Sequence record: SRR31156797_8480
Direction: 5' to 3' (one strand)
DNA length: 40,246 nucleotides
Shown here: piece after piece, positions 10,819 to 19,942 of the stretch
Position numbering within the stretch: the stretch's first letter is position 1
Layout: each line of letters starts with the position of its first letter
Made by a program: the position numbers and the translations under genes
Notes under the pieces: model-generated
Told to the model about the DNA's origin: nothing
The model's database searches: none
What the model saw: only the letters and a program-made list of their open reading frames with translations

Positions 10819-10843
10819 GAACTTAAAGTTTGTATAAATTGAC

Positions 10844-12049
10844 TTATGCGGTGATTTCTTGTTCTAAGATCACGGCATTGTATCTTGCTAATCCCGCTTC
10901 CAAATCGGCAATCAAATCGTTTACATCTTCTAATCCGATGTGAAGGCGAATTAGGGTGCCTTCAAAATGCGGATGCGAGACCGAACGTAAACTATTAAAG
11001 CTCTTTGGTTCGTTCGGTAGAATCAAACTCTCAAAGCCACCCCAAGAATACCCCATACTAAAATGTTGCATTCCATCCAGTAGTGCGGTGGTTGCTTTCG
11101 GACAACTGGTTTTCAGGACGAATGAGAACAGACCATTGCCGCCAGTGAAGTCACGTTTAAAGATATCGTGGCCCGGGCAGGAAGGAAGAGCAGGGTGGCG
11201 AACGTGGTTAACTTCAGGGCGAGTTTCCAACCATTGCGCGACTTTCAAGCTGTTCTCTGCGTGCTGACGCAGGCGCACATCCAAGGTACGCAGACCACGT
11301 AGTGCCATATAAGCATCATCTGGAGAAACATACTGCCCCATTAAATAGCTCTGTTCGCGCAGTTGTGGCCAGTATTTTTCATTGGCTACGGCGGTACCCA
11401 TCATCACATCAGAATGTCCAATGATGTATTTAGTGGCGGCTTGTACGGAAATATCCACGCCGTGATCAAACGGTGAAAAGTTCACACCAGCGCCCCAAGT
11501 GTTATCTAACACTACGATAATATCGTGCTCATGGGCGATACTCGCTAGCGCTGGAACGTCTTGAACTTCCATCGTGATTGAGCCCGGTGATTCAGTAAAT
11601 AACAGCTTAGTGTTTGGCTTAATCAGATCACGAATGCCTTCACCAATCAGTGGATCGTAATAGGTGGTCTCAACACCAAATTTAGCCAGAATTTTTTCAC
11701 AGAAATCACGGGTTGGTTCATAACAGGTATCAACCACCAGAATATGGTCCCCCGATTCTACGAACGATAGGATGGTATTACTGATAGCGGCAGCACCACA
11801 TGGGTAAAGAGCGCAGCCCGCACCACCTTCGATTTCATTCATCGCTTCTTGCAGAGCAAAGTGGGTATTGGTACCGCGACGTCCATAAAATAGAGTTTTG
11901 TTTGTTCGGTTGATTGTTGCGTGATTCTTTTCAGCAACCGTATTAAAGACAACCGTTGAAGCACGTTGAACTGGTGGGTTAACCACGCCATTTGTCCATT
12001 TCTTATCGCGACCTGCGGTAATGAGCTTAGTTTTTTTTCCTTCTGGCAT
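10844..12049 (-). CDS. metC: Cystathionine beta-lyase
   Basis: [19 protein letters not shown] lysine in [19 protein letters not shown]. Confidence 0.95.
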   Translation of the reverse strand: MPEGKKTKLITAGRDKKWTNGVVNPPVQRASTVVFNTVAEKNHATINRTNKTLFYGRRGTNTHFALQEAMNEIEGGAGCALYPCGAAAISNTILSFVESGDHILVVDTCYEPTRDFCEKILAKFGVETTYYDPLIGEGIRDLIKPNTKLLFTESPGSITMEVQDVPALASIAHEHDIIVVLDNTWGAGVNFSPFDHGVDISVQAATKYIIGHSDVMMGTAVANEKYWPQLREQSYLMGQYVSPDDAYMALRGLRTLDVRLRQHAENSLKVAQWLETRPEVNHVRHPALPSCPGHDIFKRDFTGGNGLFSFVLKTSCPKATTALLDGMQHFSMGYSWGGFESLILPNEPKSFNSLRSVSHPHFEGTLIRLHIGLEDVNDLIADLEAGLARYNAVILEQEITA

Positions 12050-12169
12050 GGTTTGTCCTTGTTGTTTACAGCTAAGGGCGATTGCCCTTTGAAGATATAG
12101 TTTTACGAGTAATGAACCTATTTAAAACATGGAGCTGTGTTGAATTGCAACCCTACGATAACAAAAAGA

Positions 12170-13624
12170 TCAAAGTAGGGGATTGAACAAGTAGAACACG
12201 CGCTCAAGGAAGCGATGACCCCAAGAGCGTTTTTGCCACTGTTGGTAATCAATTTGCTGGGATTTCTGAATATAGTTCATCTGCAGCCAATGCATCTCTT
12301 CGGTAAACTCTTGATCATCGACCGCTAGGGTGACTTCGAAGTTAAGCCATAAGCTACGCATATCCAAATTCACCGTTCCAACCAAGCAGAACTTGCGGTC
12401 GATAACCACCGACTTAGTATGAAGCAAACCGCCGTCGAATTTATGGATTTTGACCCCCGCTTCAAGCAACTCACCGAAGAAAGAGCGTGATGCCCATTGA
12501 ACCATAAAGGAATCGTTTTTTAACGGAATAATCAGGTCAACTTTAATACCGCGTTGAGCCGTCATTTTTAGTGTCTCTAATAGGTCTGCACTTGGCACGA
12601 AATAAGGCGTAGTGATACAGACCGATTCATTGGCCTGATTGATCGCCAGAGTTAATACCTGAGAGATCAGGTTACTTGGCATACCCGGACCAGAAGGAAC
12701 CACCTGAACAGGGTGTAAAGGCGCTTTTGAATCAATTAAGCACTCTGGTTGCGGCGGAAGCTCTCGAACACCAGTCTCGACTTCCCAGTCCCAGCAATGA
12801 ATGGCTGAAAGAACATTGACGGTTGGCCCTGTCACGCGAACCATAATATCGACCCATTGGCCAACGCCTGAGTTTTGCTTGAAGTAAGCGGGATCAACCA
12901 TGTTCATTGAACCGGTATAAGCGACTTTGTTATCGATAACGATAATCTTACGGTGTTGGCGCAGATCGAGCCGACGCAGAAACACACGCCATGGGCTGAC
13001 TTCCAACGCTTGAATGAGTTCAATACCCGCGTCGCGCATCATCTTTTCCCAGGAGCTTCTGAAGAAGCGAGGGCTACCCGCAGAATCGAGCAGTACTTTG
13101 ACATCAACACCGCGTTTTGCTGCTTGGATCAGAGCCGATGCGACTGAATCCGCCAATCCACCGGGATGCCAGATGTAGAACACAATTCGAATACTACTTT
13201 GGGCTTTTTCGATGTCTTCGATAATTGAATGTAAGATTTCGTTGGGCGAGTTGAGTAAAGAAAGTGTGTTACCGGTTAAAGCTGGAATACCCATCCGATA
13301 GTTACACAACTCATCAATTTTGGAAATGTGCGCCCCCATCATTTCGGGCATATGTGCCTGACAGTCGTTTAAAGCATGAAACCATTCGCCAAAAGGAGTG
13401 AACATTTCTTTTGCGCGCTCAGCACGCTTGCGGCCGAGGTTAAGCTCACCAATCAGGAAATAAAAAATGACTCCGACAATCGGAATAATATAAATCACCA
13501 TTAGCCAAGCAAGCGACACACTTACCGAGCTTCTTTTAAACACCACCCTCAGGGTGACACCTGCAACTAACAACCAATACAGAGCAATGCTGGCTAATGT
13601 TAAAAAATGATAAAACTTATCCAT
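12170..13624 (-). CDS. cls: Cardiolipin synthase A
   Basis: Two N-terminal TM helices and two HKD motifs (HRKIIVID, HTKSVVID). Confidence 0.95.
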   Translation of the reverse strand: MDKFYHFLTLASIALYWLLVAGVTLRVVFKRSSVSVSLAWLMVIYIIPIVGVIFYFLIGELNLGRKRAERAKEMFTPFGEWFHALNDCQAHMPEMMGAHISKIDELCNYRMGIPALTGNTLSLLNSPNEILHSIIEDIEKAQSSIRIVFYIWHPGGLADSVASALIQAAKRGVDVKVLLDSAGSPRFFRSSWEKMMRDAGIELIQALEVSPWRVFLRRLDLRQHRKIIVIDNKVAYTGSMNMVDPAYFKQNSGVGQWVDIMVRVTGPTVNVLSAIHCWDWEVETGVRELPPQPECLIDSKAPLHPVQVVPSGPGMPSNLISQVLTLAINQANESVCITTPYFVPSADLLETLKMTAQRGIKVDLIIPLKNDSFMVQWASRSFFGELLEAGVKIHKFDGGLLHTKSVVIDRKFCLVGTVNLDMRSLWLNFEVTLAVDDQEFTEEMHWLQMNYIQKSQQIDYQQWQKRSWGHRFLERVFYLFNPLL

Positions 13625-13640
13625 GGGTCACTTTCACTAG

Positions 13641-13834
13641 GGGTCTATTGACCTTTTAAGGGTGAATTTTGTTCGAGTAAAACGTGTAGTCGAACGTTTC
13701 GAACACCATTTGTACGCCTTTTCTCCTCGTTTTTTACTTGTTTATGGAGAATGACTAAGTGGCAAAAGCGATGCCTTAGCTAAAGAACTCGCAAATCAAA
13801 TGGCTGCCAATTATTGCAAAAGGTCAATAGACCC
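13641..13834. mobile_element. 194-bp MITE-like non-autonomous element
   Basis: Perfect 17-bp terminal inverted repeats GGGTCTATTGACCTTTT (13641-13657) and AAAAGGTCAATAGACCC (13818-13834); flanks CTAG and AAG; internal hairpins; no transposase ORF. Confidence 0.75.
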
Positions 13835-14091
13835 AAGTACATCAAAGATTGATATTAAATCCAAAGCATAAGCGAAGAAAGGGAAATGGGATAGTTAGAG
13901 ACAATAATAAGCAGTGAGATGCATTGTTTTGTAGGAAAAGTCTGAAACAATAAAATAAACAACGGCTAAAAAAGCATCATTTAATCTAGTAAATGTGCTC
14001 AAGGGCCATAATTTAATCTGTTCGGGCTTCCAATTTTAATCTCAAACTGTTTTACTTGCCATCATCGCAGCGCTACTTAATTATTTTATAA

Positions 14092-14111
14092 GTGTAAATT
14101 TTTGTTTACAC
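14092..14111. promoter_or_regulatory. TyrR box upstream of the NSS transporter
   Basis: GTGTAAA-TTTTTG-TTTACAC, exact TGTAAA-N6-TTTACA consensus. Confidence 0.75.
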
Positions 14112-14166
14112 AAACAAATGCAGCGTTGAATCACTTTTATGCAAACACACATTTTGGTACAAAATT

Positions 14167-15501
14167 ATGGCAAGTAGTTCCAGAGGTCAGTTCACCTCTC
14201 GATTTGGTTTTATTATGGCAGCAGCAGGTTCAGCTGTTGGCCTAGGTAACGTTTGGGGATTCCCAACGCAGGCAGCAAGTAACGGTGGTGCTGTTTTCCT
14301 TTTCGTTTATCTAGCAATGGTTTTCTTACTTGCCTTCCCAATGTTAGTGGCAGAGTTGACGATTGGTCGTTACGGTCAGTCTAACTCGATCAGTTCATTT
14401 AAGTCAGTGCTGACCAAAGGTAAATCTGGTGCGGTTTTGCTGGGCATTGTCGGTTTAGTGGTTGTTTCACTCATTCTTGCCTTTTACGCGATAGTGGCAG
14501 GTTGGCTGGTGGGTTTCTTTGCTGGTAGCGGTTTAGATCTGGTTGGAATTCAAGGGGCTAGCGATTGGCTAACAGGTTTCGGCACAGAACGTAACCTTAT
14601 TCTGATGGTGGCATTTATGGCTATCACTATGTACGTAGTGCGTAGTGGTGTGGCTGATGGTATTGAAAAGTGGTCAACACGTTTAATGCCAATGCTGTTT
14701 GTTCTATTTGGTTTGCTGACTGTCTACATCTTTACTCAAGAAGGTTCTATTGAAGGCCTTAAGATGTATTTGATTCCTGATTTCTCGCATTTCACGCCAC
14801 AACTGATCGTTGGTGCGATGGGTCAAGCGTTCTTCTCTCTTTCATTAGGTGTATGTGTTATGACGACATACGGTTCATACCTAAAGAAAGACGTAAACAT
14901 TCCTAAGACTGCGGCTCAGGTTGCTCTTATTGATACCGGTGTAGCATTTTTCGCAGGCCTAATGATTTTGCCAGCAATGTTTGTGGCGAAAAACAATGGC
15001 GTTGAAATCTTCTCTGAATCGGGTCAACTGCTAAATTCAGACACGTTAGTATTTACCGTACTGCCAGCGATGTTCGATACCATGGGGTCGATTGGAGCAA
15101 TTGTTGGTCTTGTATTCTTCTTGTTGATGATCATCGCTGCTTTGACCTCTTCTATTTCAATGTTAGAAGTACCAGTGTCTTGCGCAGTAGAAGAGCTGAA
15201 CCAGAAACGCAGTACCGCAGTGCTTTGGATTGGTGGTTTAGTGACGGTCATTTCGGGTGTTATCGTTCTGAACTTCTCGTCACTGTTTGGCTTAGTTATT
15301 CAGCTAACGACAGTATACTCGCAGCCAATTATCGCGCTGTTGATTACGCTACTGGTTGGTTGGATTTGGAATCGCAACCAAGTATTGAACGAGCTTAAAC
15401 AAGGTAACCCAGAAATTGAAAGCAGCTGGTTCTGGAAAATCTGGCCAACATACGTTCGTTTTGTCTGCCCTGTATTAATGCTTTTGGTCTTCTTCGCGTA
15501 A
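14167..15501 (+). CDS. Sodium-dependent transporter, NSS/SNF family (probable amino-acid symporter)
   Basis: AAAGSAVGLGNVWGFP, NGGAVF, GQAFFSLSLG, AALTSSISMLE. Confidence 0.92.
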   Translation: MASSSRGQFTSRFGFIMAAAGSAVGLGNVWGFPTQAASNGGAVFLFVYLAMVFLLAFPMLVAELTIGRYGQSNSISSFKSVLTKGKSGAVLLGIVGLVVVSLILAFYAIVAGWLVGFFAGSGLDLVGIQGASDWLTGFGTERNLILMVAFMAITMYVVRSGVADGIEKWSTRLMPMLFVLFGLLTVYIFTQEGSIEGLKMYLIPDFSHFTPQLIVGAMGQAFFSLSLGVCVMTTYGSYLKKDVNIPKTAAQVALIDTGVAFFAGLMILPAMFVAKNNGVEIFSESGQLLNSDTLVFTVLPAMFDTMGSIGAIVGLVFFLLMIIAALTSSISMLEVPVSCAVEELNQKRSTAVLWIGGLVTVISGVIVLNFSSLFGLVIQLTTVYSQPIIALLITLLVGWIWNRNQVLNELKQGNPEIESSWFWKIWPTYVRFVCPVLMLLVFFA

Positions 15502-15520
15502 TACTCATTTCTTGTTTGAT

Positions 15521-15549
15521 AAGGCCGCTTTCTGAGCGGCCTTTGTTTT
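15521..15549 (+). terminator. Rho-independent terminator of the NSS transporter gene
   Basis: AAGGCCGCT-TTCTG-AGCGGCCTT followed by a T-rich tail. Confidence 0.8.
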
Positions 15550-15605
15550 GCTTTCTTTCTCTGTGTTCACTTGAGTATAATGGCCGTCCGTAAATGTGAG
15601 GTGCC

Positions 15606-16301
15606 ATGTTCGATATTCTATTTACTCACCCTGATTTCTTAGTCATCAATAAACATCCGAATGTATCCGTGCATAAAGATGATGGTGATACCATGCTTCT
15701 TCAGGAGGTAGGTAAAGCTAGTGGTGACGCCCAGCTCTATTTAGTTCACCGACTGGATAAAATGACCTCAGGCATTTTGTTGCTGGCACGTAATTCAACC
15801 GCAGCCAGTGAACTATCCAAGGGCTTTGCCCAGCGTAATGTTGAGAAGTTCTACCTAGCTTTAGGTTGTAAAAAACCTAAAAAGAAACAGGGACTGATCA
15901 GTGGCGATATGGAGCGTTCGCGCAGAGCCTCATGGAAGTTGATTAACACACACGTTAATCCTGCCATCACTCAGTTTTTCTCTGCCTCAGCAGAGCCCGG
16001 TGAAAGGCTATTTTTATGTAAGCCTCATACAGGGAAAACTCATCAAATTCGTGTGGCATTGAAGTCCATAGGTTCTGCCATTGTTGGAGACCCTATTTAC
16101 AACAATGCAAGTGAAGCTGACCGTGGCTATCTTCATGCATTCGCGTTGAAATTTTCTTATGCGGGTGAAGTATTTCAGTTTGTTTGTGATCCAAGAAATC
16201 AACAGCATCTTGGAGCAAAGTGGAACAGTGATATCGTCAGCACCAATATCGAACTATGGTTAAAACCGTGGTCACTCAATTGGCCAACAGTGAAAAAATA
16301 A
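15606..16301 (+). CDS. RluA-family pseudouridine synthase (TIGR01621-like)
   Basis: HRLDKMTSG catalytic motif, TGKTHQIR, GDPIY, LHA. Confidence 0.9.
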   Translation: MFDILFTHPDFLVINKHPNVSVHKDDGDTMLLQEVGKASGDAQLYLVHRLDKMTSGILLLARNSTAASELSKGFAQRNVEKFYLALGCKKPKKKQGLISGDMERSRRASWKLINTHVNPAITQFFSASAEPGERLFLCKPHTGKTHQIRVALKSIGSAIVGDPIYNNASEADRGYLHAFALKFSYAGEVFQFVCDPRNQQHLGAKWNSDIVSTNIELWLKPWSLNWPTVKK

Positions 16302-16305
16302 TTTT

Positions 16306-17238
16306 ATGCAACTATCTGCTTTAACGACATTTTTTGAAGAGCTGAATGCTCAGTTAGAAAGCGCACCGGATGAGGTTCGCCGACTGTTCCACGGTCGAGG
16401 ACAGCGTTGGGAAGGTTTAGAACAAATTACCTGTGATTGGCTGCAAGGCCAGCTAGTGGTTAACTTGTTCAAAGAGGTCGATGACGACTTTCTTCAACAA
16501 TTGGAATCAGGTCTGAAGCTGCTGTCTGAATCCCAACTATGGCAGCAGCGAAATGGACGCTGTATTTTGCTTCAATACCGCTATGCGGATGGCGCGCCAT
16601 CGCAGGTTATTTGGGGGGAACTCGATGCAAAACCAATCGTGGTTGAAAGCGGACTAAACTATCAGTTAGATATCGGCAGAAACCAGAATTTTGGTCTGTT
16701 TCTGGATATGCGTCTGGGACGGGACTGGGTAAGGCAACGTGCAGCACAAAAAAATGTGTTAAACCTGTTTGCTTACACTTGTGGATTCTCGGTTGCAGCG
16801 ATTGCTGGTGGTGCGGATAAAGTGGTGAATGTCGATATGGCCAAAGGCTCTTTAGCTAAAGGTCGTGAAAATCATAAAGCCAACAATCACAACATGAATC
16901 GAGTGAGCTTTTTAGGACATGACATCTTTAAGAGCTGGGGAAAAATCAAGAAATCAGGCCCGTATGATCTGATTATTATTGACCCGCCATCATTTCAAAA
17001 AGGCAGCTTTGCGTTAACCAAAGACTATAAGAAGATACTACGCCGTCTACCCGATCTATTATCACAAGGTGGTGAAGTTCTGGCGTGTGTTAACTCACCA
17101 ATGGTGACGAGTGATTTCTTAATTGAAGAGATGAAAACAGAAGCTCCGGATCTTCAGTTTCAATATCGCTTGGACAATCCACCAGAGTTCGCGGATATCA
17201 ATCCTGAATCGGCGTTAAAAGCGTTGGTTTTTAGTTAA
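16306..17238 (+). CDS. Class I SAM-dependent methyltransferase, RlmI/RlmK-like
   Basis: GLFLDMR, VLNLFAYTCGFS, DPPSF. Confidence 0.88.
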   Translation: MQLSALTTFFEELNAQLESAPDEVRRLFHGRGQRWEGLEQITCDWLQGQLVVNLFKEVDDDFLQQLESGLKLLSESQLWQQRNGRCILLQYRYADGAPSQVIWGELDAKPIVVESGLNYQLDIGRNQNFGLFLDMRLGRDWVRQRAAQKNVLNLFAYTCGFSVAAIAGGADKVVNVDMAKGSLAKGRENHKANNHNMNRVSFLGHDIFKSWGKIKKSGPYDLIIIDPPSFQKGSFALTKDYKKILRRLPDLLSQGGEVLACVNSPMVTSDFLIEEMKTEAPDLQFQYRLDNPPEFADINPESALKALVFS

Positions 17239-17251
17239 TCTTCCCGCTTAA

Positions 17252-17281
17252 AGTCTGCCTCTTATTGTTAAGAGGCAGACT
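17252..17281. terminator. 13-bp perfect stem-loop after the methyltransferase gene
   Basis: AGTCTGCCTCTTA-TTGT-TAAGAGGCAGACT; weak U-tract. Confidence 0.6.
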
Positions 17282-17425
17282 CACTTACCTCATCATTGCT
17301 ATTCTTCCTCTAACAATCTTCTTTCTAACACGTCTAGCCTGATGTTTTTCATTCGCTGCGTTAGATGCTTTTTTCCCCCAATTAACTTTTTTTCACTCCT
17401 ATTAGACAACACGATGTTATTTGAT

Positions 17426-17544
17426 GCGGAATTTTGCTCATTTGGGCGAATTCTTGCTTGAAGTGGGCGGAATTTGGCTCGTGTAACTTTTAAGTTTTAT
17501 AACTTATTGAAAATTAATGTAATAAAAGTTGGTTTGGATCTTGT
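17426..17544 (+). promoter_or_regulatory. Putative sigma54-type promoter of the T6SS auxiliary cluster (triple enhancer repeat, IHF site, degenerate -24/-12)
   Basis: Repeats GCGGAATTTTGCTC (17426), GCGAATTCTTGCTT (17446), GCGGAATTTGGCTC (17467); IHF-like TAACTTATTGAAA at 17500-17512; TGGTTT-GGATC-TTGT at 17530-17544. Confidence 0.6.
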
Positions 17545-17582
17545 CTTCACTTAGGCAACGTATTCCAACGCTAGCGCTAGTT

Positions 17583-17696
17583 ATGTCAACGCCATATCGT
17601 CTTGCTACAAATATTGAAGCCTTGGGTGGTGTTACTCCAAGTGCCTGTAATGATAGTTCAGTCGGTTACTCAGCTTATCAAGTGAATGGCCCATGA
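17583..17696 (+). pseudogene. hcp: Eroded 5' remnant of hcp (T6SS tube protein)
   Basis: 37-aa ORF MSTPYRLATNIEALGGVTPSACNDSSVGYS.. aligns without gaps to the recalled Vibrio Hcp N-terminus MPTPCYISIEGQTQGLITAGACTADSIGDS (10/30 identical) and sits where hcp normally precedes vgrG. Confidence 0.65.
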
Positions 17697-17884
17697 CAGA
17701 GGTTAGCTTTGGGCAGAGTATCACTATTTTCGTTAACTTATATGTTTCTCAATAACTAAAGAAAATAGGCGTTTTAGAGCAATTTGAACGTAAAGTAGAG
17801 TCTTTTTAGATGTTTTTACCTCATCTTGTTATTCGAAAAATGAAATGTGGTAAAGGTATCTAATCATACCGAGAGGGAATTTTG

Positions 17885-19942
17885 ATGGCGAGTTTGCGAT
17901 TTACTTTTCAAGTTGAGGGGTTAGCTGACAATGTATTTGTGGTTCGAGAGTTTGAAGGACAAGAGTCACTGTCTGATAGTCAGTTTCAGCAACAGAACTG
18001 TTTAGGATTTCGTTATCAGGTAGAGCTTGCCAGTCGTCAACAAGATGTAAAACCGGAACAACTGGTTGATAAGCAGGCTGAGTTGCATGTTTATCATAAT
18101 GGCGAGTTAACTCAGCGCGTTCATGGTGTTGTTCGAAACTTTACTCAAGGTGACATTGGTCATCACCATACTTTTTATTCCATTACTTTAGTGCCTGCAC
18201 TAGAGCGCCTGTCTCTGCGTCATAACAGTCGTGTTTTTCAGCATAAAACGAGTGTCGAAATTGTGTCGATAATCTTGCAAGAAATGGGGATTACAGATTA
18301 TGTATTTTCATTGAAACGTGAAGGTGAACCACGAGAGTTCTGCGCTCAGTATCGCGAAACTGATTTAGATTTTGTTCACCGTTTAGCGGCTGAAGAGGGT
18401 TGGACATACAGCTTCGTCCATCAAGAAGGCAAACATATTCTGGTCTTTAGTGACAGTTCAGAATCACTGCCTAAGCTCGATACCCCGGTTTCATACAATC
18501 GCAATGCGGGCGGTATCGCTCCCGAGAGCTTTATATCGTGGTTTGAAAAACGAACTCAATCTGAAGTTTCCGAAGTTACTTTGAAAGACTACAGCTTCAA
18601 AAAACCGCAATACAGTTTTTTACAGCAGCACGTCGCCGCTGACCTGACTTATCAACTGGAAGGTTATGAACATTATGATGCTCCAGGACGCTACAAAAAC
18701 GACGCTAACGGTAAAGCGTTTAGCAAAGTTCGTCTTGAGTTCTTGCGCCGAGAGGCGCACTTAGCTTCTGCTAAAAGTAACCATAGTGGATTAAGAGCAG
18801 GTGTTCGTTTTGACTTAGAAGATCATCTTAATACTGACTTCACCCGAAGCTGGTTAGTGGTTTCTATCAATCATTCAGGCAAACAACCTCAAGCCTTGGA
18901 AGAAGATGCCACGCAGGGTAGTACTACATACAGCAATCATTTTCAGGCCATACCCGCGACATATAACTGGCAAGCGACGCCACAAACCAAGCCTCAAGTA
19001 GATGGGCCGATGATAGCCATTGTGGTCGGCCCTGAAGGTGAAGAAATTTATTGTGATGAGCACGGGAGAGTCAAAGTTCATTTCCCTTGGGACCGATATT
19101 CCAACGGTGATGAAAATAGCTCTTGTTGGGTACATGTGTCTCAAGGATGGGCTGGTGGACAGTATGGCATGATGGCGATACCGCGTATTGGGCACGAAGT
19201 GATTGTCGAATTTTTAAATGGCGATCCGGATCAGCCGATTATTACTGGCCGCACTTATCACGCGACGAACACGCCGCCTTATCCATTACCAGCCAACAAA
19301 ACTAAGATGGTGATCCGCAGCGAAACTCATCAAGGTGAAGGCTTCAATGAACTGAGTTTTGAAGATCAGGTCGGTAATGAAGAAATCTATCTACACGCTC
19401 AGAAAGATGTAGAAGCGTTGATCAACAACGACCACACTACGCATATTAAACATGATAAGCACCTGACAGTTGATAATGATAGCTTTATTAAAGTTATCAA
19501 TAATCAGCATGTTACGGTTGATGGTGAACGTCGCCAAAAAATCACTAAAGATCAAAGCCTGATAGTGCAGGGGGATGCTTATGACAAAGCAGGTAAGCTC
19601 TATGCGCTGGAAGTGGGTAATGAAGTACACATTAAAGCTGGGCAAAAAATCGTAATCGAAGCGGGCGCTGAACTCACAATTAAAGCAGGCGGCAGCTTTG
19701 TAAAAGTAGACCCTTCAGGTGTGAGTTTGGTGGGACCGGGGATTAATCTCAATTCGGGTGGCAGTGCGAGTAGCGGTAGTGGATTTAGCGGCCAAGCTGC
19801 GCTATTGCCAAATGGGGTAGAAGCGGTTGAAGCACCGAATGCTGAAATTGTTCCCCCTCCTATGTCGCCATTACTGATAAGTAGACAGATTGAAGCGCTC
19901 AAAGGTAGCGAGCCTATTTGTGAGGTTTGTGAAGAGCAATGA
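17885..19942 (+). CDS. vgrG: Type VI secretion spike protein VgrG (no effector extension)
   Basis: QYRETD, EEG, DEHGRVKV.FPWDR, PRIGHEVIVEFLNGDPDQP, NELSFED, HAQKD; C-terminal CEVCE; GAGAGGGA RBS. Confidence 0.97.
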   Translation: MASLRFTFQVEGLADNVFVVREFEGQESLSDSQFQQQNCLGFRYQVELASRQQDVKPEQLVDKQAELHVYHNGELTQRVHGVVRNFTQGDIGHHHTFYSITLVPALERLSLRHNSRVFQHKTSVEIVSIILQEMGITDYVFSLKREGEPREFCAQYRETDLDFVHRLAAEEGWTYSFVHQEGKHILVFSDSSESLPKLDTPVSYNRNAGGIAPESFISWFEKRTQSEVSEVTLKDYSFKKPQYSFLQQHVAADLTYQLEGYEHYDAPGRYKNDANGKAFSKVRLEFLRREAHLASAKSNHSGLRAGVRFDLEDHLNTDFTRSWLVVSINHSGKQPQALEEDATQGSTTYSNHFQAIPATYNWQATPQTKPQVDGPMIAIVVGPEGEEIYCDEHGRVKVHFPWDRYSNGDENSSCWVHVSQGWAGGQYGMMAIPRIGHEVIVEFLNGDPDQPIITGRTYHATNTPPYPLPANKTKMVIRSETHQGEGFNELSFEDQVGNEEIYLHAQKDVEALINNDHTTHIKHDKHLTVDNDSFIKVINNQHVTVDGERRQKITKDQSLIVQGDAYDKAGKLYALEVGNEVHIKAGQKIVIEAGAELTIKAGGSFVKVDPSGVSLVGPGINLNSGGSASSGSGFSGQAALLPNGVEAVEAPNAEIVPPPMSPLLISRQIEALKGSEPICEVCEEQ

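Noticed and set aside
12050-12169. Possible MetJ boxes or SAM riboswitch upstream of metC
   Set aside because: No tandem AGACGTCT-like boxes found; only a 6-bp hairpin (12074-12089)
15548-15581. sigma70 promoter for the pseudouridine synthase gene (TATAAT at 15576)
   Set aside because: A perfect -10 but no convincingly spaced -35, so not listed as a feature
17426-17480. Triple repeat as a mini-CRISPR
   Set aside because: Repeats of 14 bp with 6-7 bp spacers are far too short and there are no cas genes
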